Assembly: GCA_023260975.1 (NCBI GenBank)
Contig: JALQTK010000005.1
Coordinates: 13,295-77,294 of the forward strand
Source of the DNA: Pseudidiomarina sp.
GTDB taxonomy: Bacteria > Pseudomonadota > Gammaproteobacteria > Enterobacterales > Alteromonadaceae
Length of the DNA: 64,000 nucleotides
Reading direction: 5' to 3'
The notes below the pieces were generated by a model, which worked only from the letters and a program-made list of their open reading frames with translations, was not told the origin of the DNA and did no database searches. How positions within the stretch are numbered: the stretch's first letter is position 1; every line of letters starts with the position of its first letter. Both the position numbers and the translations under genes were made by a program. This document shows positions 28,225-39,007 of the stretch, in pieces.

Positions 28225-29954
28225 TCGCGATAGAAACGGGTGCTGTGCCCAGTTGGGCGCTTCACCCGAGGATTCTTCCGCAGCCAATCGACAAACGACT
28301 GGGCATAACTTATGTAGGTGTCGTTGATTCGTCCAGCGGCATGAATATCGGCCAGCAAGCGCCAGCCATCAGCACCAGTTGCCAAGAAACTATTGGTCAC
28401 CATGGTGTAAGTCTGCTCCGGCACAATGGCTTGCAGCCCGTTCGAGGTGACCAGCATCAGCTCACTGACCCGCTGACCATCTGCAGCGGTCATATCAATA
28501 TCAAATTGAATACCAGCGCCGTGCGGATAGGCGCCGCTGGAACCAGAGGCGGACATGGCATAAGTCAGCGCTTGCTCCAACACAAGTTTTAGTTCGGCGC
28601 CGGTTATTTGAACTTCAACTAAGGTGTTCGAAAATGGCAATATGCGATACACATCGCCAATGCTGAGCGGGCCAACCGCTATCTCACTGCGCACGCCACC
28701 GCCGTTTTGCAAAGAAAAATCAGCTTGTGGAACACTGGCTAGAAAGGCTTCAGCAACTAGTCGGTGGGCATCAGATTGGCGCCCCAAGCCGCAGTCTGGG
28801 TTGTTCGTTACACCAGCTCGGCGAATACAAATTCGCTCGTCTACCTGGGCAACAATAGCACTGGTTAATTCATCTAACTGAGCTTGATACTGTGCCAGTA
28901 TATCAAGGCTGTTTTGATCTTCTGCTACCGCGGTAAACTGTGGTAATTCAGTCAGCGCAGACGGTGCATCTAAAGCCAGCAACAAATGCGCTTGCCCACC
29001 ACAAGAGCGCACACGGTCACCGGTAAATTCAATTAACAGCTCACCAACCACTTGGCTGTATTGCCACGCTTGCGCAATACACACCGGATCGCCGTCGGCG
29101 TTATTCACCTGCATAGGATATGGCCCAGCGCTCGGTAAACCATACTGGGCATAATCACCGAGTAAGGTATGCGAATCACCACCAACGATAAAATCCACCG
29201 CCGGTAAACGCGCCGCAAGGGCTAAATCATTGTTATGTTGTAGGTGTGTCAATAACCCTATCTTGCCGACACCAAGGCGCTGTAATTCGTCGATATAATA
29301 GCGCGCAGTGGTGTATTCATCAGCAAACTCAGTAGTTGCATCAGGCATCGACGATTGCTTGGTTTTTATTGCGATATCAAGCCCGATAAGCCCTACTTTT
29401 TCGCCATTCAAAGAAAAAATTGCATAGGGCTTAAAGCTATCCCACGGTGTCTTTGGCGTTAATGGCGAAACCCCGACTCGCGGCTTGACGTTCGCTGCAA
29501 GTATCGCAGTATCGCAATCGCCTAAGGATAAATAGTCAAGGAAGCGTTTCAGCCCGGCATCGCCGTTATCAAACTCATGGTTGCCGAGCGCAAAGGCATC
29601 AAAGCAAACTTGATTCATCAGCGCTGCATCGGCGGCACCATTGAATAAGGTGTAATACAAGGTACCGGTAATCGCATCACCGGCATGCAGCGCTAAAATA
29701 TTGTCATGACGCTGGCGAATTGCAGCAATTTGGGTGACGACGCGGGCAAAACCACCGGTTTCTAGCTGCCCTGTTTCGCCATTTACATTAATGCTGGAGC
29801 GCTGCATTGGCAGTAAATGCGAATGATGGTCGTTGATATGGGCAATGCTAAGCTGAAATGGCGCTGGCTGCTCATGCTGGGCGGCGCAGCTATTCAAAAG
29901 TACTGCACTAGTAAGGGCTAAACACCCGCGCCACAAACCATTCCAGCCCGACAC
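28221..29954 (-). CDS. 5'-nucleotidase / NAD nucleotidase (UshA/NadN-like), lipoprotein
   Basis: HINDHH, AGD, GNHEFD, GGDSH, NGGGVR, LPFSN, GADG; lipobox LNSC. Confidence 0.92.
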   Translation of the reverse strand: MSGWNGLWRGCLALTSAVLLNSCAAQHEQPAPFQLSIAHINDHHSHLLPMQRSSINVNGETGQLETGGFARVVTQIAAIRQRHDNILALHAGDAITGTLYYTLFNGAADAALMNQVCFDAFALGNHEFDNGDAGLKRFLDYLSLGDCDTAILAANVKPRVGVSPLTPKTPWDSFKPYAIFSLNGEKVGLIGLDIAIKTKQSSMPDATTEFADEYTTARYYIDELQRLGVGKIGLLTHLQHNNDLALAARLPAVDFIVGGDSHTLLGDYAQYGLPSAGPYPMQVNNADGDPVCIAQAWQYSQVVGELLIEFTGDRVRSCGGQAHLLLALDAPSALTELPQFTAVAEDQNSLDILAQYQAQLDELTSAIVAQVDERICIRRAGVTNNPDCGLGRQSDAHRLVAEAFLASVPQADFSLQNGGGVRSEIAVGPLSIGDVYRILPFSNTLVEVQITGAELKLVLEQALTYAMSASGSSGAYPHGAGIQFDIDMTAADGQRVSELMLVTSNGLQAIVPEQTYTMVTNSFLATGADGWRLLADIHAAGRINDTYISYAQSFVDWLRKNPRVKRPTGHSTRFYRD

Positions 29955-30886
29955 TATTTCACCAACCCAATTTCACGTAAGCGTTCCATTAAATAGTCAT
30001 GTGAACTAATCGCGCTATAACGCTGCGGATTTTCAGCGCTGATACAGCTACTGAGCGGGTCAATCATGACATCCGGATTGAAATGCAAAAAGAACGGAAT
30101 GGAATAGCGTGATTTACTGCTAAACGGCGCTGGCGGGTTCACCACACGATGAGTGGTCGACGGTAATACACCATTGGTCAGGCGCTGCAGCATATCGCCG
30201 ACATTACAAATAATAGCACCTTCAATTATGCTCACCGGGATCCAGCTACCATCTTTGGCGAGTACTTCCAGACCTGGCTCACGTGAACCAATTAGCAGCG
30301 TTAATACGTTGATATCTTCATGGGCCCCGGCGCGAACTGAAGGTGTGCCCTCATCGATAATCGGCGGATAATGCAATGGCCGTAAAATCGAGTTACCCCA
30401 GTTTACTTTGTCATTGAAATAGTCGCGTGGCTGCTGCAAGTAGACCGCTAATGCCTCAAGCACCTGCAAACCAAGTGCATCGAGCGCGTTATATAGCTTC
30501 ATAATTTTATCTTTAAACTGCGGCAGTTCAGCTGGCCACACATTCGGCGTTAACTGCGGGTACGGCGGTGTTCCTTGAACTTCCCGACCGATGTGCCAGA
30601 ATTCTTTCAAATCAACATGCTTGGCATCTTTCGCAATTTCAGTACCGAATGGGGTATAACCACGCGCACCACCGCCACCTGGAATATGATACTGGCGTTT
30701 TACCGCTTCCGGCAGAGCAAATAATTCCCGACAACTATCCAGCGCATCGTCGATCAGCTGCTGTTCAACACCATGTTTGGTCAGCGCTACGAAGCCATTC
30801 GCTTCGTAACCCTCGCCAACATGCTTGGCAAATACGTTGAAATCCTGGTTGTACAGGCTCATGTCAATGTGAGGAATGGACTTCAT
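29954..30886 (-). CDS. Isopenicillin-N-synthase-like 2OG-Fe(II) dioxygenase
   Basis: DIOX_N region, HED...H facial triad (AHEDIN, STTHRV), RYS 2OG-binding motif. Confidence 0.92.
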   Translation of the reverse strand: MKSIPHIDMSLYNQDFNVFAKHVGEGYEANGFVALTKHGVEQQLIDDALDSCRELFALPEAVKRQYHIPGGGGARGYTPFGTEIAKDAKHVDLKEFWHIGREVQGTPPYPQLTPNVWPAELPQFKDKIMKLYNALDALGLQVLEALAVYLQQPRDYFNDKVNWGNSILRPLHYPPIIDEGTPSVRAGAHEDINVLTLLIGSREPGLEVLAKDGSWIPVSIIEGAIICNVGDMLQRLTNGVLPSTTHRVVNPPAPFSSKSRYSIPFFLHFNPDVMIDPLSSCISAENPQRYSAISSHDYLMERLREIGLVK

Positions 30887-31034
30887 AATAGGCTGACCCG
30901 CAAGTGTGGCTAGAAAGATGTCTATGCTATAAATTTAACGCTCTAAACACAACTACAATGGCGAAAGCTAGTGATCAGTTTAACCAAAATGCGCTATGCT
31001 GTGGCCTTTATTGGTTGACCTGCAGGAATCGCCG

Positions 31035-32195
31035 ATGTCACAACTACCGCAGTTTCTATCATTGTATCGTCAGTTGATTGCCGCCCCCTCGGTATCAGCA
31101 TTGGATCCGCATTGGGATACCAGTAATAAAGCAGTTATCGATTTACTCGCAGGTTGGTTTGCACAACTCGGCTTTACGGTGACGATTAACCGATTAAAAA
31201 CCCAGGTCAACAAATACAATCTACTGGCGAGTTATGTGCCGGCAGGTAGCTCGGGGGGCTTACTGTTAGCTGGCCATACCGACACCGTGCCATGGGATGA
31301 AGGTCGTTGGAGTCGCGATCCATTTACCCTACATGAACAAGACGGCAAACTTTATGGCCTTGGCGCTGCCGACATGAAGGGATTTTTTGCCTTTGTACTC
31401 GAAGCCTTGCGCGATATTGACCTAAAACAGCTGCGCAAACCGTTATATATTCTCGCCACTGCTGATGAAGAAACTACCATGGCCGGGGCTCGCGAACTGG
31501 CCGAATTTGATCTGCTCACGCCTGATTTTGCAGTGATTGGCGAGCCTACCTCAATGGTCCCAGTCACTAGTCACAAAGGTCACTTGACCGAGGCGATCCG
31601 GGTTACTGGGCGCAGCGGTCATAGCTCCAATCCAGCGGCAGGAATCAATGCAATTGAAGTCATGCATGAGGTGATTACCCGTTTGCGTGAACTGCAGCAG
31701 CATTTTCAAAAGCATTATCACAATGCCAATTTTGCCGTGCCCTACCCAACCCTGAATTTTGGCAATATTCACGGCGGTGATGCCGCGAATCGCATTTGCG
31801 CGTGCTGTGAAATGCATATTGATTTGCGGCCACTCCCCGGTATGGCGATGACTGAGCTGTACGGGCTGATTGATGAGCGACTGGCGGAAGTTAATGCTAT
31901 TTACCCGAATTCGGTGTGTTTGGCCCACATGCATGAGCCGATTCCCGGTTACCAGTGTGACCCCAAAGCCGAAATAGTCCAGCTGGCGGAACAATTCACT
32001 GGCAATAGCGCCGAGCCAGCCAACTACTGTACTGAAGCCCCATTTGTTCAGGCGCTTGGTTGCAACACCATTATTATGGGCCCGGGCTCGATTGCTCAGG
32101 CGCATCAACCCGATGAATATCTTCAGCTCAGCGAAGTTAAACCGGCGTTAAGCCAACTCAGTGGATTGATTCGGTCACTGTGCCTAGCGAGTTAA
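31035..32195 (+). CDS. argE: Acetylornithine deacetylase (M20)
   Basis: GHTDTVP, ADMKG, ADEET, IGEPT, GHSS, YCTEA, AHQPDE. ATG 31035 follows AGGA. Confidence 0.93.
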   Translation: MSQLPQFLSLYRQLIAAPSVSALDPHWDTSNKAVIDLLAGWFAQLGFTVTINRLKTQVNKYNLLASYVPAGSSGGLLLAGHTDTVPWDEGRWSRDPFTLHEQDGKLYGLGAADMKGFFAFVLEALRDIDLKQLRKPLYILATADEETTMAGARELAEFDLLTPDFAVIGEPTSMVPVTSHKGHLTEAIRVTGRSGHSSNPAAGINAIEVMHEVITRLRELQQHFQKHYHNANFAVPYPTLNFGNIHGGDAANRICACCEMHIDLRPLPGMAMTELYGLIDERLAEVNAIYPNSVCLAHMHEPIPGYQCDPKAEIVQLAEQFTGNSAEPANYCTEAPFVQALGCNTIIMGPGSIAQAHQPDEYLQLSEVKPALSQLSGLIRSLCLAS

Positions 32196-32758
32196 TCCTG
32201 GCTAACTAACAGCTTCGCCACTGGCGCAAAACTGCGGCGATGCAAAGGGCATACGCCATATTCCACCAGCGCGGCTAAATGCGCTGCGGTGGGGTAGCCC
32301 TTATGTTGCGCGAAGTTATACTGTGGATAGCGTTGATGCCACGCCAGCAACTGCCGATCACGCTCGACTTTAGCTAAGATTGACGCCGCGCCAATACACA
32401 ATTCCAAGCCGTCACCACCAATAATCGCCCGTGCCGGCACCTGCAATTTTGGTAGTTTGTTGCCATCCACTAACACCTCGCTTGGCTGCACGGGCAGTGC
32501 CTCAACCGCGCGCTTCATGGCCAACAGTGACGCTTGCAGGATATTGATCGCATCAATTTCATCGGCATCACACTGAGCAATGGCCCAATACAAAGCGTTT
32601 TGCTTAATTTCATCACTGAGTGCTTGGCGCCTCTTCTCAGATAACTTTTTCGAATCGTTAATACCAGCAATCGGCCTTAGCGGGTCTAGAATAACTGCTG
32701 CGGCAACCACTGGCCCGGCGATTGGCCCGCGGCCTGCCTCGTCTGTTCCACAAATCAT
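32192..32758 (-). CDS. rnhB: Ribonuclease HII
   Basis: [41 protein letters not shown]. True start is probably ATG 32758. Confidence 0.97.
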   Translation of the reverse strand: MICGTDEAGRGPIAGPVVAAAVILDPLRPIAGINDSKKLSEKRRQALSDEIKQNALYWAIAQCDADEIDAINILQASLLAMKRAVEALPVQPSEVLVDGNKLPKLQVPARAIIGGDGLELCIGAASILAKVERDRQLLAWHQRYPQYNFAQHKGYPTAAHLAALVEYGVCPLHRRSFAPVAKLLVSQD

Positions 32759-32842
32759 AGTGTTCCGTGTTTGGTTATCAGTTAAGTTGTGGGTATGATA
32801 CGTGCGTGCACATGATAATAACAACACAACAAGGGGCATTTC

Positions 32843-34396
32843 ATGTCTGAACCATTGTCTGAACAATCCACCTTGCTCTATCGTATTCTCGACCGCGTTG
32901 AACGAGTTGGTAATAAGCTTCCCGACCCGGCGGTCATGTTTTTTGGTCTATTGATCATCGTTTGGGTTCTGAGCTGGGCACTCTCTGGCGTGACCTTTGA
33001 TGCCAAACATCCGCTTACCGGCGTTGACGTGACCGTAAATAACCTGTTGGCTGGCCCAGCCTTGGCCGACTTCTTCGCGAAGATGGTGACTACCTTCATG
33101 AGCTTTACCCCGCTTGGCGTGGTGCTGGTAGCCATGTTGGGTGTTGGCGTGGCGGAGCGCAGCGGTTTTATTAACGTTGCTATCAAATTAATGCTAAACG
33201 TCACGCCGAAAATGCTGCTCACTCCAGTATTGATTTTAGTGGCGATTGTTAGCCACACCGCGGTAGACGCTGGCTATGTATTGGTGATTCCATTGGGTGG
33301 CGTGATTTTCTATGCCGCTGGCCGTCATCCTTTGGCCGGTATTGCTGCTGCATTTGCCGGGGTATCCGGTGGTTTCAGTGCCAACTTTGTACCATCCGCT
33401 ATTGACCCCATGCTGCAAGGTTTGAGCCAGAGTGCAGCGAATATTCTCGATCCGGCAGTACAGCTGAACTCATTAAATAACTGGTTCTTCACCGCCGCAT
33501 CATCGTTCGTAGTGATTGCGGTGGGCTGGTTCCTCACCGATAAAGTGGTTGAGCCACGCTTGAAAAAAGTACAGCTTGATGGCGATCAAGACGATATGCC
33601 AACCTTAGACGATGTCACCCCACGTGACCGTAAAGCATTCCGTTGGGCCGGTGTGGCGATGCTGGCCGGTATCGGTTTGTTGACCTATGTGTCGTTGCTG
33701 GAGGGCACGCCGTTAGCTGATCCGAAAACCGGCGAGCTATCATCGTTCGGTGCACCATTGATGCAAATGATTGTGCCGCTGATTTTCTTGCTGTTCGTTA
33801 TTCCAGGTATTGTGCATGGCTATGTGGCCGGCAGCTTTAACACCTCAAAAGATATCATCGATGCCATGACCAAATCGATGGAAGGTATGGCCTATTATAT
33901 GGTCATGGCGTTCTTCTGTGCGCTGTTTATTAAAGCCTTCGCTGATTCGAATCTGGGTACCTTGTTGTCGGTGAAAGGCGCCAACTTCCTCAGTTCGTTG
34001 CAACTGAGCGGCGGTGTAACCATGGTCAGCATGATCCTACTGGTTGCCTTTATTAACCTGTTTATTGGCTCTGCAGGGGCTAAATGGGCGCTAATTTCTC
34101 CTATTTTTGTACCGATGCTGATGCAATTGGGCTACTCACCTGATCTGACTCAAGCGGCTTACCGGGTCGGTGACTCGATTAGTAACATCATCACGCCACT
34201 GCTACCCTACTTCCCGCTGATCGTATTGTATTGTCAGCGTTACGTGAAGAGCACCGGTATTGGCTCGTTAGTTGCCATGATGCTGCCCTATTCGGTGGTA
34301 TTGCTGGTGACCTGGTCGGCATTCCTGATTATCTACTGGATGCTGGGAATTCCGCTTGGTTTAGGTGCAAGTTATAGCTATCCGGCAGCGGGCTAA
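32843..34396 (+). CDS. AbgT family transporter (paralogue 2)
   Basis: [25 protein letters not shown] motifs. Confidence 0.93.
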   Translation: MSEPLSEQSTLLYRILDRVERVGNKLPDPAVMFFGLLIIVWVLSWALSGVTFDAKHPLTGVDVTVNNLLAGPALADFFAKMVTTFMSFTPLGVVLVAMLGVGVAERSGFINVAIKLMLNVTPKMLLTPVLILVAIVSHTAVDAGYVLVIPLGGVIFYAAGRHPLAGIAAAFAGVSGGFSANFVPSAIDPMLQGLSQSAANILDPAVQLNSLNNWFFTAASSFVVIAVGWFLTDKVVEPRLKKVQLDGDQDDMPTLDDVTPRDRKAFRWAGVAMLAGIGLLTYVSLLEGTPLADPKTGELSSFGAPLMQMIVPLIFLLFVIPGIVHGYVAGSFNTSKDIIDAMTKSMEGMAYYMVMAFFCALFIKAFADSNLGTLLSVKGANFLSSLQLSGGVTMVSMILLVAFINLFIGSAGAKWALISPIFVPMLMQLGYSPDLTQAAYRVGDSISNIITPLLPYFPLIVLYCQRYVKSTGIGSLVAMMLPYSVVLLVTWSAFLIIYWMLGIPLGLGASYSYPAAG

Positions 34397-34419
34397 GTTG
34401 ATTGTTGCGTGAGGTGAGT

Positions 34420-35202
34420 ATGTATTTTCAAGGTAAAACTGTGTGGTTAACCGGTGCTTCAAGTGGCATCGGTTTAGCAATGGCAGAGCAACTGGCGCAA
34501 GCCGGTGCGCATCTGATTCTCACTTCACGCCGCGCCGACGCTCTGGAACAGGTGCGGCTGAGCCTGGCCCACCCTGAGCGACATCGGGTGCTCGCACTTG
34601 ACCTTGCGCAACCTGAGCAGGCCGCCGAGCAAGCCGCCCAAGCTCTTGGCGATCAGGGCATTGATATTCTGATCAACAACGCTGGGGTATCGCAACGCTC
34701 ATTGATTCTAGATACTGACCTTACTGTGTACCGTAAGCTGATGGAAATCGATTATTTCGGCGTAGTGGCACTGACCAAGTTAGTGCTACCCGGTATGGTC
34801 GCGCGCCGCAGCGGACAAATCGTTACGGTATCGTCAGTTGCGGGGAAAATTGGCACCAAACTACGCAGTGGCTATAACGGTGCTAAGTTTGGCGTAATTG
34901 GCTTTATGGATTCGTTACGCGCTGAAAGCGCCGAATATGGGCTGATTATCACCTCTATTCTGCCCGGCTTTATCAATACTCAAGTAGCACACAATTCGCT
35001 CACCGGTGACGGCTCGGCGCTCGGCCATGAAGATCCAGATAATGCCGGTGGTATCTCGGCCGCAGAGTGCGCACGGCAGTCGTTGCGCGCTATTGCTGCT
35101 GGCAAAGCCGAAGTGGTGATTGGTTCAGGCCTGTCTAAGCTAGCACCGCTGCTACAACGTTTCTTTCCAGGCCTGGTGCGGCGCATGATTGCCAAGCGCT
35201 GA
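34420..35202 (+). CDS. Short-chain dehydrogenase/reductase (DHRS7-like)
   Basis: TGASSGIG, NNAG, SSVAG, YNGAK. ATG 34420 follows GAGG. Confidence 0.9.
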   Translation: MYFQGKTVWLTGASSGIGLAMAEQLAQAGAHLILTSRRADALEQVRLSLAHPERHRVLALDLAQPEQAAEQAAQALGDQGIDILINNAGVSQRSLILDTDLTVYRKLMEIDYFGVVALTKLVLPGMVARRSGQIVTVSSVAGKIGTKLRSGYNGAKFGVIGFMDSLRAESAEYGLIITSILPGFINTQVAHNSLTGDGSALGHEDPDNAGGISAAECARQSLRAIAAGKAEVVIGSGLSKLAPLLQRFFPGLVRRMIAKR

Positions 35203-35209
35203 TAAACAC

Positions 35210-36748
35210 CTACACCATATGCACGAGCATACTGGTCGGGTCTTCGAGGTACTGCTGCCAACGCTGGTTGAAGCGAGCAATGGTGCCGCCGTCAATGATA
35301 CGGTGATCACCCGACCAGCTGGCGACCATGATCTTGCGAGCCACTACATTGCCTTGCGCATCAAAGCGCGGTAGCTCTTGCACTCGGCCAAGCGCCACAA
35401 TGGCTGCCTCTGGCTTGTTAATAATAGGCGTGGCTACGGTCCCACCAATCACCCCAATGTTGGAGATGCTGATGGTGCCGCCTTTCATGTCCTCCTGAGC
35501 CACACGGCCCTCGCGGGCGGCTTGGGTCAAGCGTGTCACTTCATTGGCGATATCAATAATACTCTTGTTTTGCACTTGCTTAATATTCGGTACCAGCAAG
35601 CCAATTTTCGTATCCACCGCCATGCCAATGTTATGGTCATCAAAATAAGTTAATTCGCTGCAATCGTCGTTGACCTGAGCGTTCATCAGCGGGAATTCTT
35701 TCAGTGCCAGTGACATCGCTTTAATAAAGAACGGCATCATAGTAATGCGCACGCCCTGCTCGGCATAACGCTGCTTCAATTGTTGCTGAAGCGCGATTAC
35801 CGCAGTGAGGTCAAACTCTTCGGCATAGGTAAAATGCGGAATAGTGCTGACTGAATTCATCATCGCTTTGGCCATGGCGGCTTTCACCCCACGGATAGGC
35901 TCAACCCGCTTACCACCTATGCTTGCTGCTGGGCTAGCTGCGGCAACCGCTGCCGGCGCAAGGTAATCGTCTTTGGCAAAGGCTTCAACATCGTCTTTCA
36001 TAACGCGGCCTTTCGCACCAGAGCCTGGCACTTGAGCGATATCGATGCTCAACTCACGGGCGCGACGACGCACCGCTGGGCTGGCAATGGCTTTGCCAGC
36101 ACTCGCTACTGGCGCTGAAGAGCTGGTACTGGTTGAATCTGTTGCTGGTGCGGCGTGAGCTGACGGGGTGACCACAACGGCTGTCTCAGCAGCGCCGGCA
36201 TCATTGCGACGAATGGCAAACAACGGCTGGTGCACTTTAGCAATATCACCTTGCTGATAATACAGTTTCGCTACCACGCCAGCATTTTTAGCAGGAATTT
36301 GTACCAAGGCTTTGTCAGTCATTACGTCGACTACTGGCTGGTCTTCGGCAATGACATCACCTTCTTTGACCTGCCATTCAACGATCTCACATTCAACAAT
36401 ACCTTCGCCAATGTCAGGCAGAATGAAATCTTCCACCACCTCAGCCATACTGGTGTTTGCCGCTGGTGCTACTGACTCAGCTTTTGTGGCTGGAGCTGAT
36501 TCTGCAGCGCCGGTTTCAGTAATAGCAAACAGCGGCTCATGCACCTTGGCGATGTCGCCTTTGGCGTAATACAGCTTTGCCACCACGCCGTCGCTCTTGG
36601 CTGGAATTTGCACTAAGGCTTTGTCAGTCATTACGTCAACGACTGGCTGATCTTCTTTGATGCTGTCGCCTTCTTTGACCAACCACTCAACGATTTCACA
36701 TTCAACGATGCCTTCGCCGATGTCAGGTAAGATAAAATCTTTACTCAT
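35210..36748 (-). CDS. bkdB: Branched-chain 2-oxoacid dehydrogenase E2 with two lipoyl domains
   Basis: Two MTDKA lipoyl domains, E3-binding ASPAVRR..A, catalytic DHRIIDG. Confidence 0.93.
   Translation of the reverse strand: MSKDFILPDIGEGIVECEIVEWLVKEGDSIKEDQPVVDVMTDKALVQIPAKSDGVVAKLYYAKGDIAKVHEPLFAITETGAAESAPATKAESVAPAANTSMAEVVEDFILPDIGEGIVECEIVEWQVKEGDVIAEDQPVVDVMTDKALVQIPAKNAGVVAKLYYQQGDIAKVHQPLFAIRRNDAGAAETAVVVTPSAHAAPATDSTSTSSSAPVASAGKAIASPAVRRRARELSIDIAQVPGSGAKGRVMKDDVEAFAKDDYLAPAAVAAASPAASIGGKRVEPIRGVKAAMAKAMMNSVSTIPHFTYAEEFDLTAVIALQQQLKQRYAEQGVRITMMPFFIKAMSLALKEFPLMNAQVNDDCSELTYFDDHNIGMAVDTKIGLLVPNIKQVQNKSIIDIANEVTRLTQAAREGRVAQEDMKGGTISISNIGVIGGTVATPIINKPEAAIVALGRVQELPRFDAQGNVVARKIMVASWSGDHRIIDGGTIARFNQRWQQYLEDPTSMLVHMV
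36212..36739 (-). repeat. Intragenic duplicated lipoyl-domain coding units (36521-36739 and 36212-36430)
   Basis: Two 73-aa units, 65/73 identical by my count. Confidence 0.9.
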
Positions 36749-36761
36749 GCGCATGGGCCTC

Positions 36762-37739
36762 TTAGTAGCTCATTGAAGCTTTAATGGCTTCATAAACTTT
36801 CAGGTGATCGACAAAATATTCTTTTTCATGACACAGCGGATAGGGCGTATCCAAACCACACACCCGGGCAATCGGCGATTCCAAATATAAGAAACAGCGC
36901 TCTTGAATACTGGCAGCTATCTCGCTGGCAAAACCATTGGTGAGTGGCGCCTCTTGGGTGACCACCAAGCGCCCGGTTTTTTGCACCGAGGCGGCAATGG
37001 TATCAATGTCCCAGGGCAAGATACTTACCAAGTCAATCACTTCGCAATCAATACCGTCTTGACTAGCTAGTTCAGCAGCTTTTTCAGCGATTTCAACCTG
37101 CGCACCCCAGGCCAGTACAGTAATATCCTTACCTGCTTTGACAATATCCGCTTTACCAATTTCTAAGCGATACTCTTGTTCTGGCACCTCACCCACCGAA
37201 GCACGATAGAGCCGCTTCGGCTCCATAAACAGCACCGGGTTCGGGTCAAAAATTGAACTCAGCAATAGCCCTTTAGCCATGTACGGGTTACGTGGTAATA
37301 CAATTTTTAGCCCTGGCGTGTGAGCAAAATAGGCTTCGGGCGACTGCGAATGGTAATGACCACCGGCAATACCGCCACCGTATGGAGTACGAATAGTTAG
37401 GCCACCAACGTTAAACTCGTTACCTGAGCGATAGCGAAACTTGGCCGATTCATTAACGATTTGGTCAAACGCCGGAAAGATATAATCACTGAATTGGATC
37501 TCTGCAACGGCATAGCTGCCTTGTGACGCTAAACCGTTAGCAAAGCCTAAAATTCCTTGCTCGACTAATGGCGTATTAAAGTTACGCTCGCGGCCGTATT
37601 TCGCGGTTAACCCCGACGTCGCCCGGAATACCCCACCAAAAGCACCGGTATCTTCACCAAAACTATACACATTGCGATGGTTAGTCATGGCGATATCAAG
37701 AGCGTTGTTAATTGCTTGAAGTAAATTCATTTTAGCCAT
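36762..37739 (-). CDS. bkdA2: Branched-chain 2-oxoacid dehydrogenase E1 beta
   Basis: GEDTG.FGGVFR, AEIQF.DY, YHSQS, EPKRLY. Confidence 0.95.
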   Translation of the reverse strand: MAKMNLLQAINNALDIAMTNHRNVYSFGEDTGAFGGVFRATSGLTAKYGRERNFNTPLVEQGILGFANGLASQGSYAVAEIQFSDYIFPAFDQIVNESAKFRYRSGNEFNVGGLTIRTPYGGGIAGGHYHSQSPEAYFAHTPGLKIVLPRNPYMAKGLLLSSIFDPNPVLFMEPKRLYRASVGEVPEQEYRLEIGKADIVKAGKDITVLAWGAQVEIAEKAAELASQDGIDCEVIDLVSILPWDIDTIAASVQKTGRLVVTQEAPLTNGFASEIAASIQERCFLYLESPIARVCGLDTPYPLCHEKEYFVDHLKVYEAIKASMSY

Positions 37740-37741
37740 GA

Positions 37742-38938
37742 TTAACGCTCCTGATCCAACCGCGAAGCCGTTTTCGGATAGGCTTCAGGATACTTGCGAA
37801 TATGCGCTTTGAGCTGCTGCAGTTGCTGTTGTAACTGCGCCGGTGGCGTGTCGTAAACATCCTCAATGAGTTCATCGATAGGCGGAACCGCAATGGTTTC
37901 AGCAGCTTTTAATGCCTCTAACACCATGGCTTTTTGCTCAGCATAGTGACTTACAGCCTCATCGTTACTCAACCAACCTTGGCTCACCAACCATTTTTGA
38001 AAACGTTCCAGCGGATCTTTGCTGCGCCAACCAGCCTCTTCATCACGGCTGCGGTAACCGCTGGGGTCATCCGAGGTTGAGTGACCAGCCAAACGATAGG
38101 ACATTCCTTCAATTAACACCGGTTCGTTATGTTCAACGGCAAGCTTGCGGGCCAGTTGAGTCGCGTGATACACCGCTAACACATCGTTACCATCAACCCG
38201 AATAGTTTTCATGCCATAGGCTACACCGCGAGGAGCGATGCCATCACCGACATATTGCTCGCCCTGCGATGGCGTCGAAATAGCGTAACCATTGTTACGA
38301 CAGAAGAAAATAACCGGAACTTTAAACACCGCTGCCATATTCAAGCCAGCGTGAAAATCGCCTTCAGATGCTGCACCTTCACCGAAATAACAGATGGTGC
38401 AAGTACCTGATTGGTCCATTTTCTGGCCGTAGGCATAACCAGTAGCCTGCGGAATTTGCGTCGCCAATGGCGAAGCTATAGTCATAAAATTTAACCGCGC
38501 GCAACCATAATGCACTGGCATCTGCCGGCCTTTACCCAAATCACGTTCATTGGAAAATAGTTGATTCATGAATTCTTCAATAGTGAAGCCGCGATAGGCT
38601 AAGGCGCCCTGCTCGCGATATTGACCCATGATCATATCAGCACTATCCAGTGCTGCGGCAGAGCCAATACTGGCGGCTTCCTCACCCAATGAAGACAAGT
38701 AAAAACTGATACGCCCTTGGCGCTGAGCAGCAATCATGCGTTCATCCAAAATACGGATAAACTGCATGGTATGGAATATTTTTAGCGCCGTAGCTTGGTC
38801 CAGATCAGGTGCTTCGGCACCCTTATGCAGCGTGCCATCCTCTTTAAGGATTTGCAGCATGGGAATAGTTAACGCACTGGCGTCTAAAAATGACGCTTTG
38901 CTGACGATATCCAGCTGGTGTTTCGTGTCCTTCGCCAT
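37742..38938 (-). CDS. bkdA1: Branched-chain 2-oxoacid dehydrogenase E1 alpha
   Basis: QRQGRISFY, YREQG, ThDP motif GEGAASEGDFH, HSTSDD. Start probably ATG 38938. Confidence 0.95.
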   Translation of the reverse strand: MAKDTKHQLDIVSKASFLDASALTIPMLQILKEDGTLHKGAEAPDLDQATALKIFHTMQFIRILDERMIAAQRQGRISFYLSSLGEEAASIGSAAALDSADMIMGQYREQGALAYRGFTIEEFMNQLFSNERDLGKGRQMPVHYGCARLNFMTIASPLATQIPQATGYAYGQKMDQSGTCTICYFGEGAASEGDFHAGLNMAAVFKVPVIFFCRNNGYAISTPSQGEQYVGDGIAPRGVAYGMKTIRVDGNDVLAVYHATQLARKLAVEHNEPVLIEGMSYRLAGHSTSDDPSGYRSRDEEAGWRSKDPLERFQKWLVSQGWLSNDEAVSHYAEQKAMVLEALKAAETIAVPPIDELIEDVYDTPPAQLQQQLQQLKAHIRKYPEAYPKTASRLDQER

Positions 38939-39007
38939 AATTCTCTCGTTCTGTCCGTTCGTTAAACTACTATCGATAAATGAAGCGGCCGATAAAATTG
39001 CGCTCAC

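Noticed and set aside
27870-28592. 240-aa + strand ORF
   Set aside because: Out-of-frame shadow of abgT and antisense to the 5'-nucleotidase; no motifs.
31551-32108. 185-aa minus-strand ORF
   Set aside because: Antisense shadow of argE.
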